From Squalus acanthias (Eukaryota): a stretch of 64,000 nucleotides of DNA. Both the position numbers and the translations under genes were made by a program. The stretch is taken from positions 434,001 through 498,000 of the forward strand of contig JASTWF010000342.1 in the NCBI GenBank assembly GCA_030390025.1. Reading direction: 5' to 3'. Below the pieces are notes generated by a model. The model had not been told where the DNA came from and did not search any database. It worked only from the letters and a program-made list of their open reading frames with translations. Below are positions 1-11,526 of this stretch, one piece after another; positions within the stretch are counted from its first letter, which is position 1; each line of letters starts with the position of its first letter.

Positions 1-29
1 CGTTCCTTTTTGCCTTTCTAATATTTTTT

Positions 30-660
30 TGACTTCTCTCCGAATCTCTTCATATTTTCCCTTGTCGTGCTCTCCCCTGCTGTCCATGTACTTAATGTAT
101 GCCTTTTTCCTTAGCCTCAATTTTTCCATACTGTCTTTATTCATCCATAGTATCTCATTCGTGTTTCGCTTGTTCTTGTTTTTAGCTGAATATATTTTTC
201 CTGCACTCTTTTGAACACCGTTTTAAATATTTCCCATTACTGTTCTACATCATTGTTTGCCAATATTGTGGATCATTTTATTTTCCCCAGTTCTATTCTC
301 AGCCCCGCAAAATCATCTTTTCTCCAATCTACTACCCGAGTCTTCGTCATATTTATGTCCTTCTCAATTATTATCTTAAAGCGTATTATATGATGGTCAA
401 TATTGTTCCCCGACTTTTGCTTCTTTTATCTGCTTTGGTTCATTCTCCATTACTAGATCCAATAGCGTGTCCTCCCTTGTTGGGCTTCTTACATAGTGGG
501 TTAGAAAGGAGTCCTGTACACATTGTAGGAACTCCATTCCATTATTTTTTTATTCATTTCCCACATTTGTTTGCATATTTCTTCTGTAGATTACCCCTAT
601 TAGTGTGATTGATCCTTTATTATCTTTTATCTCTATCCACATGGATTCTATTTTTGTCTT
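30..660 (-). mobile_element. Old degenerate CR1-type LINE fragment (ORF2 AP-endonuclease region)
   Basis: Minus-strand translation has KIESMWIEIKDNKGSITLIGVIYR, matching the ESVWVELRN..LVGVVYRPP endonuclease segment of other CR1 copies here; many stops; boundaries approximate. Confidence 0.55.
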
Positions 661-1061
661 GCTGAAAGCTGCGTCGCTTTTTTCTATTGCCACGTCAGAA
701 GAATAGGAAAACAGAATATATTTTAAATAGTGAGAAACCATTAAATGTTGGTGTTCAGAGACATTTAGGTGTCCTCTTACAAAAAACGCAGAGGGCTGGA
801 TTTTCCGCCCGGAGGCGGGATGGTGGCGGGTCTGTTGTTTGGCGGGTTCCGGTCCTGCTGCTGGTTGCAGCCGCCCTGCAATAATGATTTTCCCCAGATT
901 GCCCTCATTAAGGACACCGTGCGTGCTACCGGGCCCAATCGGTGGGTGCGGGTTGGGTGATCGTGCTTGATGACGCACTAGAAGGCTCTATATTTAAGGG
1001 GGCCATATCCCCTTTGATTATGACTTTCTTTTTCTGCTCCCGAATGCTGGTTGCTGCAAGC

Positions 1062-2967
1062 ATGGCAGTGCAACGGACCAAGGCTGCTCCCCGGTTTGAT
1101 GAGGACTCCCTCCATGCTCTTGTGAAGGGCGTAAGAGGATGCAAGGAGGTCCTCTTCCCTTCAGACGGAAGGAGGAAGCCTCCTCAACACACAAAGGCAG
1201 CCTGGCTGTAAATTGCTGAGGAGGTCAGTGCAAGGTCGGTCTGTACACGCACCTGGGTGCAGTGTAGGAAAAGGTTCAATGATCTGCTGTGCTCAGCAAA
1301 AGTGAGTATAACATCACACTTACCTTCAATCTGCTTCCCATCTCTTCTCATCCCCATCACTCTGCATTGGCAACCTACTCCTGCACATCCCAACTCACCC
1401 TAACATCCCTTGCAACCTTAACCATCCCTCTCTCTCGATGTACAGAATCACTTTACCATTCTACTATGCACCCGTCACACTCGCTCTCACTGTTATGCAA
1501 TGACAACAACTAACAATGCACAGGGATGGACCTTGGCATTGGCACCTCACTCCATCATTGTCTCACTCTAAACATCTATGTTATCCATTCTTTACACTCA
1601 CTCCATCAATCTCTCTGAAACTCCACTTGTATTCCTCATTGCAGGAAAAGAGAGCCAACAATAAGAGGGAGAGTGGGAGGACAGGAGGAGGCCCACCATC
1701 CATGGCGCACTTAACCACCACTGAGGAGGCTGCTATTGAGGTTGTCGGAGGTGCAGAGGAGCTGGAAGTGGAGGACGGAGAGACGGGCGTAGTACAGCAA
1801 GCTGGTGACAGAATAGATTTCCAACCCTCTGATTTTGCATTCATGAGTGTCTCATATGGGATCTGATGTTCATAGAAATTGAGTTCTGATCATCTGCACA
1901 ATGGGATGTGTCTGCAACCTACATATCACATGTCTAACTCATGCCTTTACCTCCGCCCCACAGGACCATCGAGAGCCCCCCTCCCCACTGTCCAGGAGGA
2001 AGAGCAAGAGGACTCTTCAGAGGAACCTCCAGCCTCTGAGGGAGCAGCGTCAGCAGAAATGAGCGCACCCAGCACCAGCACAGAGACTCCCACCTTGGTG
2101 GGTCATTTGCGAGATGAGTAACATTGTCACCTGGTGTATCACAGCTCATAAGTGAGCAGGAGCAGATGGTGGAGACAGGGACAGCAGTGGAGATTCCTCG
2201 TCGGAGGCCGCAGGGCACTCCTAGCTCTGTTCAGCTACATGTAGACGCTGTGCCTCTGGGGCCATCTAGAAAGAGAGCCGTGCTGAAGCTTCAGGAACAA
2301 GTGCAGGAGGATCTGACTGGGTTTGCAACCACGGTAACTGTGAGTGTGTGGAGAATGGAGGAGTCCATGTCAAACATGAGCAATGCCGTGGTGCACGCAA
2401 TGGCGAATGTAGGTGCCACCATGGAAAGGATGGCAACCTCCATGGAGGACATAAATTGCCAGACACAAACCAACATGGTGACTCGTCTAGATAAATGGTC
2501 AGCTATGGAGGATAGATGGGCATCTGTCATGGAGAGGAACCAAAGGTACATGGATGTCCCATGAGGACTGTCAGTACAGAGACAGGTCCACACGGCCCCA
2601 CTGATGTGCAGCAAGGTGCTCCCCAGCTACTTGCTAGCAGTGAAGTGTGGGTGACCAATGAGATGGTGGTCTAGAACAAGGAAGTGGGGGCTCCGCTCCA
2701 AGCGCTCACACTACCATGCCACTGCCAAGCCTTTGGTCAGAGCCCCAGATGCCTCACCCAACAGAGATGGCTGTCTCTGCCCCTGCACAGCTGGAGGAGG
2801 AGCAGACTTTGGCTGAGCCCTCCAAGGCTCCCATACCCAGAGGACGACCGCCAAAGGCATCTAAGCAGGCGCTGCAGGGAAGTGAGCAAGCTGCCTCTAC
2901 ATCTGCTGAAGCCATAGGGGAAGCACCACGTAGAAGCACACGTAAGAGAAAGCTAAAACACAAATAG
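1062..2967 (+). pseudogene. Harbinger Myb/SANT-like accessory gene (exons 1062-1301, 1645-1804, 1964-2967), pseudogenised
   Basis: Exon 1 reads APRFDEDSLHALVKGV..LFP..W*IAEEV..RTWVQCRKRFNDL (Myb/SANT, MSANTD/NAIF1-like); GT-AG introns with CTAAC branch site at 1934; stop at 1209 and frameshifts near 2117 and 2560; C-terminal RRSTRKRKLKHK. Confidence 0.85.
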
Positions 2968-3241
2968 TCACAAGGGTAGTCACTTGGCTGTTTTCATATT
3001 ATACCAATTGACGTTTGTGATCTTTATTTCTATTGTATTAAAGTAATGCAATGTCAATGATTCAATGAGTTGCCCTATGTGTGCTCAGAATTGGAAGTGG
3101 CACAGTGAGGGGTGAGGGCGCCTTTCATCTGCAGTGATGGATGGGAGAGTGATAGGAATGCACAGTTCATTGTACGGTGTGGAATGGAGATCCTGCCAAC
3201 CCTCATGTGCATGTGCCAGCCACATGTATGTGTGCGTAAAG

Positions 3242-4468
3242 TTACACGAATCTGGCATGGATTAGTTCATCCCTTGCCTCAGGGCCAGCAATGTGCTCAC
3301 ATGCTGGTAGCCCTGGGACAGCCGACTCCACCAGGTCTTCCTCATTCGGCTCTTCCTTCTCCTCATGGGAGGAGGTTGTGCACTGAGCCACTTGTTCGTC
3401 AGGCAGCGGTAAGCCACGCTGCTGTGCGATGTTGTGCAGGGCACATAAGACCATGATGATTCTGGACACCCTGGCTGGTGCGTACTGTAGGGCTCCACCA
3501 GATCTGTCCAGGCATCTGAATCACATTTTGAGCAAGCCGATGGTTTGCTCTATGATGCTTCTGGTGGAAATGTGGCTCTCATTGTAACGCTCCTCAGCTT
3601 CGTTTGATGGCCTCCTCATCGGTGTCATTAGCCACGTCTTCAGGGGATAGCCCCTGTCTCCAAGTAGCCATCTGGAAAGTTAGGTTGGCGGATTGAACTG
3701 CTGAGGCACAGTGGACTGCCGCAGGATGTACGAGTCATGGCAGTTGCCAGGGAACTTTGCGCACACATACATAATGTTCTTCCTGTGGTTACACTCCAGC
3801 TGGACGTTAAGGGAGTGGAAGCCCTTGCGGTTCACAAATACAGCTGGGTTGTGATGGGGTGCCCTGATGGCCACATGTGTGCAGACGATGATGCCCTACA
3901 CCCTTGGGAAGCCTGCCATATTGGCAAACCCATCCGCCCGTGCAGTAACACTTGCTTCATTCATTGAGAAGTGGATGCAATTGGCCGACTTGCCAAACAG
4001 GCCATCGGTAACCTGCGTTATGCATCTGTGTGCGGCCGAGGGGGAGATGCCACTTATGTCTGCAGATGATCCCTGGAAGGATCCTGACGTGAAGAAGTTG
4101 AGGGCGGTAGTGACTTTGACAGCCACTGGTAAGGAGTGTCCACCCGCTCCTCTGGGCTGCAGGTCTTGGTGCAGCATTGTACAGTTGTCAGCGACTACGT
4201 CTCGCAAAAGTCTCAGCCTCCTTTGGCACTGCTGCTCACTCATGTTGAGGAAGCTCCTCCTTGGCCTGTAAACCCTGTGTTGCGGGTATCTCCTGCGGCG
4301 CGGTGCAGACCTGCGCTGATGCCCTCTGCCCTGTGCAGCATCAGGTGGGTGAGGAGGAGGTTGGCGCTCCTGTTGTTGCTGCTGCTGTTGTGCCTGGTTC
4401 TGCTGCTGCCGTGGCTGCTCGTCCTCCGAATCTGAGGACCAGGATGAGAGGGTATAAATCGTTCCCAT
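3242..4468 (-). pseudogene. Harbinger (HARBI1-type, DDE_Tnp_4) transposase pseudogene
   Basis: ORF pieces with [37 protein letters not shown]; in-frame stops at 3896 and 3680; first catalytic D appears mutated (IIVCTH). Confidence 0.92.
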
Positions 4469-5312
4469 TCTGCTGGTATATATGTCACTTGAGGATGAAA
4501 TGTTATAAGCGCTCAGTCAATGTGGGGAGAGGTTATTCCAAGGAGGTCACAGTGCTTATAGATCTCACAACACATATTTACAACCTCAATACACCTGAAA
4601 TATATCTTCCAAATCCTGAAATCAGAAAGTTCTGGCATTTGAAATTGAACTGATGTTGCAGGTTAGCTTTAATGCTACAGTTGCAGCTGTGAACTATTCA
4701 GCTTGCTGGAACACCCGACACAATCAGCTGCCGTGTTTGTCGAATGCCGTGGAACACGCTGAAAATGTGGCAAAATTGATAAACCCTCTCAAAATAGCAT
4801 TAAACAGGTCGTTAACTTAACTACCTTAAGTGCCTCTCCCGCCACTTGGTGTCGGGTCTGATCAGGAGTCACAGACCCAACACTTTGGAAAGTTGCGTGG
4901 AGGCGGTTTCGCAACCCACTGTCAATCATTTTGGATTTAATTCCTGACCTGCCTCCAAACCCGCCCTCTGAGCAGCGGCATAATTGCGGCCAGGGAGTTA
5001 GCATGCAGGTACAGCAAGCAATTGGGAAGGCAAATGGCATGTTGGCCTTTATTGCAAGGGGGTTGGAGTATAAGAGTAAGGAAGTCTTGCTACAATTGTA
5101 CAGGGCCTTCGTGAGACCACACCTGGAGTACTGTGCACAATTTTGGTCTCCTTATCTGAGGAAGGATATACTTGCCTCAGAGTTGGTGCCACAAAGATTC
5201 ACTAGATTTATTCCTGTGATGAGAGGGTTATCCTATGAGGAGAGATTGAGTAGATTGTGTCTATACTCTCTGGAGTTTAGAAGAATGAGAGGTGATTTCA
5301 TTGAAACATATA

Positions 5313-5545
5313 GGGCCAAAAATTCGGCCCTTCCCGGGTGAGTACACAGTGCGTACTCACCCGTAATGCGTCCCGAAGTGCCGGTTTCCTGCATGCACTG
5401 CACATGCACGGGAAACCAGAACTTCCGGTATGGTGAAGGGGGCGGTTCCTAGGTGAACCGCGTGCACGCTAGAGGCTGCGCGCACGCAGCACACTTAGAT
5501 TTTTTTTCAGGTTTCTACGCGAGGGTAAGTATTGAAGAAACTACG
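5313..5545. mobile_element. Truncated Harbinger-type MITE (same family as 48231-48997)
   Basis: Starts GGGCCAAAAATTCGGCC; closely similar to the reverse complement of ~48780-48997. Confidence 0.8.
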
Positions 5546-5558
5546 CTATTAAAAAGGA

Positions 5559-5830
5559 CATGATGTGGAGATGCCGGCGTTGGACTGGGGTGGACAAAAA
5601 TGAGAAGTCGCACAACACCAGGTTATAGTCCAACAGATTTATTTAATTTTACAAGCTTTCGAAGCAGTTCGCTCCTTCGTCAGGTAAGTTAGCAATGAGA
5701 GAATCTCCCAGAATTCACAATTTAAACCCAGACAAAATCTATTCACATTATTCACTACAACAAAGAGCACAGCCAAGACAATGAGACACCCTGGGACACC
5801 CTAGTCTCTGAGTCAACTACTTCACTCTCC
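5559..5830 (-). mobile_element. Penelope-like element terminal (pLTR) fragment
   Basis: Similar to the reverse complement of 13200-13340 (CATGATGTGGAGATGCCGG..GTCGCACAACACCAGGTTATAGTCCAACAG); right boundary approximate. Confidence 0.8.
5649..5687 (-). ncRNA. Minimal type I hammerhead ribozyme motif
   Basis: Minus strand: TTAC-CTGACGA-A-GGAGC-gaact-GCTTC-GAAA-GCTT-GTAA (CUGANGA/GAAA core, stem I TTAC/GTAA, stem II). Confidence 0.7.
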
Positions 5831-6510
5831 ATCTTAATGAAGAATTCTATCATATTATGATTGCTCCTCCCCAAGGGGCCTCACTCAACAAGATTACTAA
5901 TTAATCCTTTCTCATTACATAATACCCAGTCTAAGATGGCCTGATCTCTAGTTGGTTCCTCGACATATTGGTCCAGGAAACCATCCCGTATACACTCTAG
6001 GAATTCCTCCTCCACAGTATTGTTACTAATTTGGTTAGCCCAATCTATATGTAGATTAAAGTCACTCATGATAACTGCTGTGCCCTTATTGCATGCGTCT
6101 CTAATTTCCCGTTTAATGCCATCCCCAACCTCAGCATTACTGTTTGGGGGTCTGTATACAACTCCCACTAACGTTTTCTGCCCCTTGGTATTTCTCAGCT
6201 CGACCCATACAGATTCCACATCATCAGAGCTAATATCCTTCCTTACTATTGTGTTAATCTCCTCTTTAACCAACAATGCTACCCCACCTCCTTTTCCTTT
6301 TTGTCTGTCCTTGCTGAATATTGAATACCCCTGGATGTTGAATTCTCAGCCTTGGTCACCTTGGAGCCATGTTTCCGTAATCCCAATTATATCATATCTG
6401 TTTACATCTATTTGTGCAGCTAATTCATCCAACTTATTACGAATGCTCCTCGCATTAAGACACAAAACCTTCCTCTGTTTCCCTGCACAGGTTCCCAACC
6501 CCCTCCCATT

Positions 6511-7516
6511 TTAGTTTAAACCCTTCCCAACAGCACTAGCAAACACTCCCCCTAGGACATCGGTCCCGGTCCTGCCCAGGTGCAAACCGTCCAGTTTGTA
6601 CTGGTCCCACCTCCCCCAGAACATAAGAACATAAGAACATAAGAAATAGGAGCAGGAGTAGGCCAATCGGCCCCTCGAGCCTGCAATGTCCCAGGAATTT
6701 GAATCTCTCCCTCTGGCACCATTCCTCCAACCACGTAGTCATCTGAAATATCCTTCTATTTGTACTCTGACTAGCACGTGGCACCAGTAGCAATCCTGAG
6801 ATTACTACCTTTGAGGTCCTGTTTTTTAATTTACCTCCTAACTCCATATATTCAGCTTTTATTACCTCATCCCGTTTTTTACCTATATCGTTGGTACCTA
6901 TATGCACCATGACAACTGGCTGTTCACCCTCCCCCTCCAGAATGCCCTGCAGCCACTCCGAGACATCCTTGACCCTTGCACCAGGGAGGCAACATACCAT
7001 TCTGGAGTCGCGTTTGCTACAGCAGAAACGCCTATCTATTCCCCTTACAATAGAATCCCCTATCACTATAGCTCTCCCGCTCTTTTTCCTCCCGTCCTGT
7101 GCAGCAGAACCACCCATGGTGCCAGGAAGTTGGTTGCTGCTGCCTTCCCCCGATAAGCCATCTACCTCAACAATATCCGAAGTGGTATATCTGTTTGAGA
7201 GGGGGATGTCCACAGGGGACCCCTGTACTACCTGCCTGCGCCTACTACTCCGCCTGGTGGTCACCCATTCCCTTCCTGCCTGTGTAGCCTTTACCTGCGG
7301 TGTGACCAACTCCCTAAACGTGCTATCCACGATGTCCTCAGCATCGCGAATGCGCCAGTATGCATCCATTCGCTGCTCCAGTGCCGCAATGCGGTCTGCC
7401 AGTAGCTGCAGCTGGATACACTTCCCGCACACATGGTCAACAGGGACACAGGAAGTGTCCCTGATTTCCCACATAGTGCAGGAGGAGCATGCCACGGGGC
7501 TGAGCTGTGCTGCCAT
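6511..7516 (-). pseudogene. CR1 ORF1p: N-terminal Cys zinc finger/leucine zipper plus SGNH esterase domain, frameshifted by a 62-bp insertion
   Basis: CSSC..CGKC, then SGNH blocks IVIGDS, CLPGA, HIGTND and, after the insert in another frame, DGLHL...GLN*. Confidence 0.9.
6623..6684 (-). mobile_element. Extremely 5'-truncated CR1 3'-tail insertion inside CR1 ORF1
   Basis: (ATAAGAAC)n-AAATAGGAGCAGGAGTAGGCCAATCGGCCCCTCGAGCCTGC is identical to the ends of the young copies at 31839 and 44081. Confidence 0.9.
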
Positions 7517-7824
7517 GTCTTATCCTTTAATTAATTTAAATTAACTCAAATCAATACCACAAATTACACTACAATTAAATGATATACTCAAGGACCCTTG
7601 TATACTAGCACTCCCTGCTACACAACAGAGACCTTAGAAAGTGTAACCACAAAAATTAGGACCTACTAAACTTTATAAACTATTAACCTTAACTGTCAAA
7701 CTACAGAGTAGTATAAATACTCACTTGGCCGTACTCACCCAATCTGCTGCTTTGTTTTGTCCGCGTCACTTTTTGAATTGTGATGTGGCTCTGGTACACC
7801 GCCGTCGGTCTGTGAGATTGGTAA

Positions 7825-7982
7825 GCCTCTGAAAAATAGCCTGCGAAAGTGAGTTTAACTACTCACTGTGCTGCTGCTCTCTCCGTTCCCGACACTGGCC
7901 TCTGAAAAAAAGCCCGCGAAAGTGAGTTTAACTACTCACTGTGCTGCTGCTCTCTCCGCTCCTGACACTGGCCTCTGAAAAA
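7825..7982. repeat. 73-bp tandem repeat (~2.2 units) at the CR1 5' end
   Basis: GCCTCTGAAAA.. recurs at 7825, 7898 and 7971. Confidence 0.9.
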
Positions 7983-8440
7983 GAAGCATTGTCTAGTGAT
8001 GGCCTCTGGGAAATGATTTATTGGCAAGCCTTTCGCCGTAACTTTCCTTGGAGCTTCTTCCGCTCCACCACCATTACGAGGTTCCTGCCGAGGTTATGGT
8101 GGCAAAGCAAGAGAAGCCCAAAGAAATTCTCGGCATATATTCCTCTTTTACATTAACACAAAGGTCACAAAGAAAAGTATACCTAAGGGAGCCTTATCCT
8201 TTCTCAGAAATCATGGTTTTGCTTCCACTACTCAATCAAGTAGACCATTTCAGGACTGCACACCAGGAAATCACAGGCACGCATCTCATTATTTTCCATC
8301 TAATTTTAATAGATAGAAAAATGCCAATAATTTCGTTAAAATTGGTGCGATGCTCGATTGATTTAATTCTGTAGCTCAGAATTCTGTTTGCTTTTTTTAA
8401 TTGTACCCAGTGTGAGACGGAGAAGCCCATCTAAAATATG

Positions 8441-9880
8441 CACTATTAAAAAAAGGTGGTAGAGAGAAAATGGGGAATTATAGACCAGTAAGCCTGACAT
8501 CGGTAGTGGGGAAAATGCTAGAGTTCATTATAAAAGATGTAATAGCAGAGCACTTGGAAAACAGTGACAGGATCGGACAAAGTCAACATGGATTTACAAA
8601 AGGCAAATCGTGCTTGACTAATCTACTAGAATTTTCTGAGGATGTAACTGGTAAAATGGATAAGGGAGAACCAGTGGATGTGGTGTATTTGGACTTTCAG
8701 AAGACTTTCGATAAGGTCCCGCATAAGAGATTAGCATGTAAAGTTAAGGCACATGGGATTTGGGGCAAGGTATTGACTTGGATAGATAACTGGTTGGTAG
8801 ACAGAAAGCAAAGAGTTGGAATAAATGGGACTTTTTCCGAGTGGCAGGCGGTGACTAGTGGGGTACCGCAGGGATCGGTCCTAGGACCCCAGCTATTCAC
8901 AATATATATTAATGATCTGGACGATGGAATTGGATGTAATATCTCCAAGTTTGCAGACGACACAAAGCTGGGTGGGAGTGTGTGCCGTGAGGAGGATGCC
9001 TAGAAACTCCAGTATGATTTGGACAGGTTGGGTGATTGGGCAGAAGCATGGCAGATGCAATATAATGTGGATAAATGCGAGGTTATCCACTTTGGTGTCA
9101 AAAACAGGAAGGCAGATTATTATCTGAATGGCAATAGATTGGGAGAAGGGGAAGTGCAACGAGACCTGGGTGTCCTTGTGCACCAATCGCTGAAGGTAAG
9201 CATGCAGGTGCAGCAGGCGGTTAAGAAGGCAAATGGTATGTTGGCCTTCGTAGCGAAAGGGTTCGAGTACAGGAACAAGGATGTCTTGCTGCAGTTGTAC
9301 AGGGCCTTGGTGAGACCACATCTTGAGTATTGTGTGCAGTTTTGGTCGCCTTATCTGAGGAAGGATGTTCTTGCCATGGAGGGAGTGCAGCGAAGATTCA
9401 CCATGCTGATACCTGGGATGGCAGGAATGGCGTATGAGGAGAGATTGGGTCGATTGGGCTTATACTCACTGGAGTTTAGAAGAATGAGAGGGGATTTCAT
9501 TGAAACTTATAAAATTCTAACAGGACTAGACAGACTAGATGCAGGAAGGATGTTCCCGATGGCCGGGGAGTCCAGAACCAGGGGTCACAGTCTAAGGATA
9601 AGGGGTAAGCCATTTAGGACTGAGATGAGGAGGAATTTCTTCACCCAGAGAGTGGTGAACCTGTAGAATTCTCTACCACAGTAGGCAGTAGAGGCCAATT
9701 CATTAAATATATTCAAGAAGGAGTTAGATATATTTCTTAAAACTAAAGGTATCAAGGGATATGGAGAGAAGGCAGGGACAGGGTACTGAATTTGATGATC
9801 AGCCATGATCTAATTGAATGGCAGAGCAGTCTCGAGGGGCTGAATGTCCTACTCCTGCTCCTATCTTCTATGTTTCTATG
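8441..9880 (+). mobile_element. 5'-truncated CR1 LINE (RT domain, 3'UTR, microsatellite tail)
   Basis: [33 protein letters not shown]; stops at 9001 and 9664; TTCTATGTTTCTATG tail. Confidence 0.95.
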
Positions 9881-11151
9881 CAAAGTGCCCTGACTGCAGA
9901 AAACCATCGAGTCAGAGAAAGGTCAATATGGCAGGCGGACCTCCTGCTACAAACAAGAAGTGTCAGGATTCCACAAAAGTAGAAAATCGTGACTATTCAG
10001 TTGAGTTTCAACTAAGATTTTCTTGCGTGTCAGGTTGATCTATCTCTTCCCTCATTTCCTTGAATTTCTAGTTTATACTAGTATTTTTCCCATTAGTATG
10101 ATCTTTCTGTTTTCACATACCTTTCTTATCTCTTGATAGAGTGCTTTCTTTTGACCTGAAGGAAAAAGCATTTCTGTTTTCTTTACACTACACCCTTCCA
10201 AGAAGTTTATTCTGAACAATGGATCCAATTCCTTTTCAGGTATTCCTGAAATATAGACATACTCCTTCTGTTTACCTGCCTTGTCTGTTCCTTTTGGACG
10301 CTCTAAACCCTTGTATGTTTTTGCTCATTTCTTTCATTGTGGCCATCCATGTTTCTGAGATTCTTGTAACATTGAAGATCCCAATTGCCACAACAGCTTT
10401 GAGTTCAACCACCTTGTTACAATTATCTAAGATCACGTCATTTTAAGGGTTTTCATTTTGACTTGGTGAATTTGCCATTTTGCTCTTATAGAGTCAGAGA
10501 GTCATAGAGTTATACAGCACAGAAAGAGGCCCTTCGGCCCATCGTGTCCGCGCCGGTCATCAAGCCCAGTCTATTCTAATCCCATTTTCCAGCACTTGGT
10601 CCGTAGCCTAGTATGCTATGGCGTTTCAAGTGCTCATCTAAATGCATCTTGAATGTTGTGAGGGTTCCTGCCTCTACCATCCTTTCAGGCAGTGAGTTCC
10701 AGATTCCAACCACCTTCTGGGTGAAAAAGTTTTTGCTCAAATCCCCTCTAAACCTTCTGCCCCTTACCTTGAAATTATGCCCCCTCTTTATTGACCCCTC
10801 TACTAAGGGGAAAAGTTCCTTTCTATCTACCCTACCTATGCCCCTCATAATTTTGTACACCTCAATCAGGTCCCCCCTCAGCCTTCTCTGCTCTAAGGAA
10901 AACAACCCCAGCCTGTCCAGTCTCTCTTCATAGCTGAAGCACTCCAGCCCAGGTAACATCCTGGTGAATTTCCGCTGCACCCTCTCCAATGGAATCACAT
11001 CCCTCCTATAGTGTGGTGACCAGAACTGCACACAGTATTCCAGCTGTGGCCTAACTAGCGTTTTGTACAGCTCCATCATAACCTCCCTGCTCTTATATTC
11101 TATTGAGAGGTCGCACAACACCAGGTTATAGTCCAACAGTTTTATTTGAAA

Positions 11152-11194
11152 TCATAAGCTTTCGGAGCTATCGATTTGCTCCTTCCTCAGGTGA
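11152..11194 (-). ncRNA. Minimal hammerhead ribozyme motif (left arm; one stem I mismatch)
   Basis: Minus strand TCAC-CTGAGGA-A-GGAGC-aaatcgata-GCTCC-GAAA-GCTT-ATGA. Confidence 0.68.
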
Positions 11195-11526
11195 AGTAAA
11201 TTAGATACAGAATCTCCAAAGCATATATAGATAGAAAACAAAGCATGTGTACTTTACAATTGCAGACCAATAAATTAAATCATCCTGACTATCTGCCGAG
11301 GTGTGATAAAGTTAATTAAGTCAGCCAGGAAGGTACCACATCAAAGACATAGCAAGATACAACTGAGACAATGAGGTGTAGTCGCAGGGGTTCTAACGTG
11401 TCAAAAGCTGCCGTCTGTATGTAAAACGAAAAGCTTTAACATTTTTTTACTTTTTTACTGGGAAAATTTTTACTTTTTTACTGGGAATCACATCTGTGAA
11501 CAAGCTAACGACGACTCGAGTCCGGA

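Larger units (their letters stand above)
793..4991. mobile_element. PIF/Harbinger DNA transposon copy H1 (full length, decayed)
   Basis: Left end GGGCTGGATTTT is the same as the H3 TIR; right end degenerate; convergent Myb-like gene and DDE transposase; interrupts a CR1. Confidence 0.9.
700..5312 (+). mobile_element. CR1 LINE RT 3' fragment, split by the Harbinger at 793-4991 (pieces ~700-792 and ~4996-5312)
   Basis: ...GTCCTCTTACAAAAAACGCAG before 793 continues as AGTTAGCATGCAGGTACAGCAAG at 4996, as in the uninterrupted CR1 at ~60450-60500; translation MQVQQAIGKANGMLAFIARG..VRPHLEYCAQFWSP. Confidence 0.85.
5870..7985 (-). mobile_element. CR1 LINE 5' portion (5'UTR, ORF1, start of ORF2 endonuclease)
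   Basis: ORF1 followed by endonuclease motifs VESVWVELRN, LVGVVYRPPN, IMSDFN, PTRDQAILDWVL. Confidence 0.9.

Noticed and set aside
790..4995. A definite TSD for Harbinger H1
   Set aside because: The right terminus is degenerate and the flanking triplets do not match cleanly; the boundary is inferred from the interrupted CR1 instead.
6891..7544. Long antisense ORFs (also 16394-16975, 18004-18543, 13492-13929)
   Set aside because: Shadow frames of TE coding sequence with no recognisable domains.
7825..7982. CRISPR-like array (palindromic repeat units)
   Set aside because: Units are contiguous near-identical tandem copies with no unique spacers, in a eukaryotic LINE context with no cas genes.
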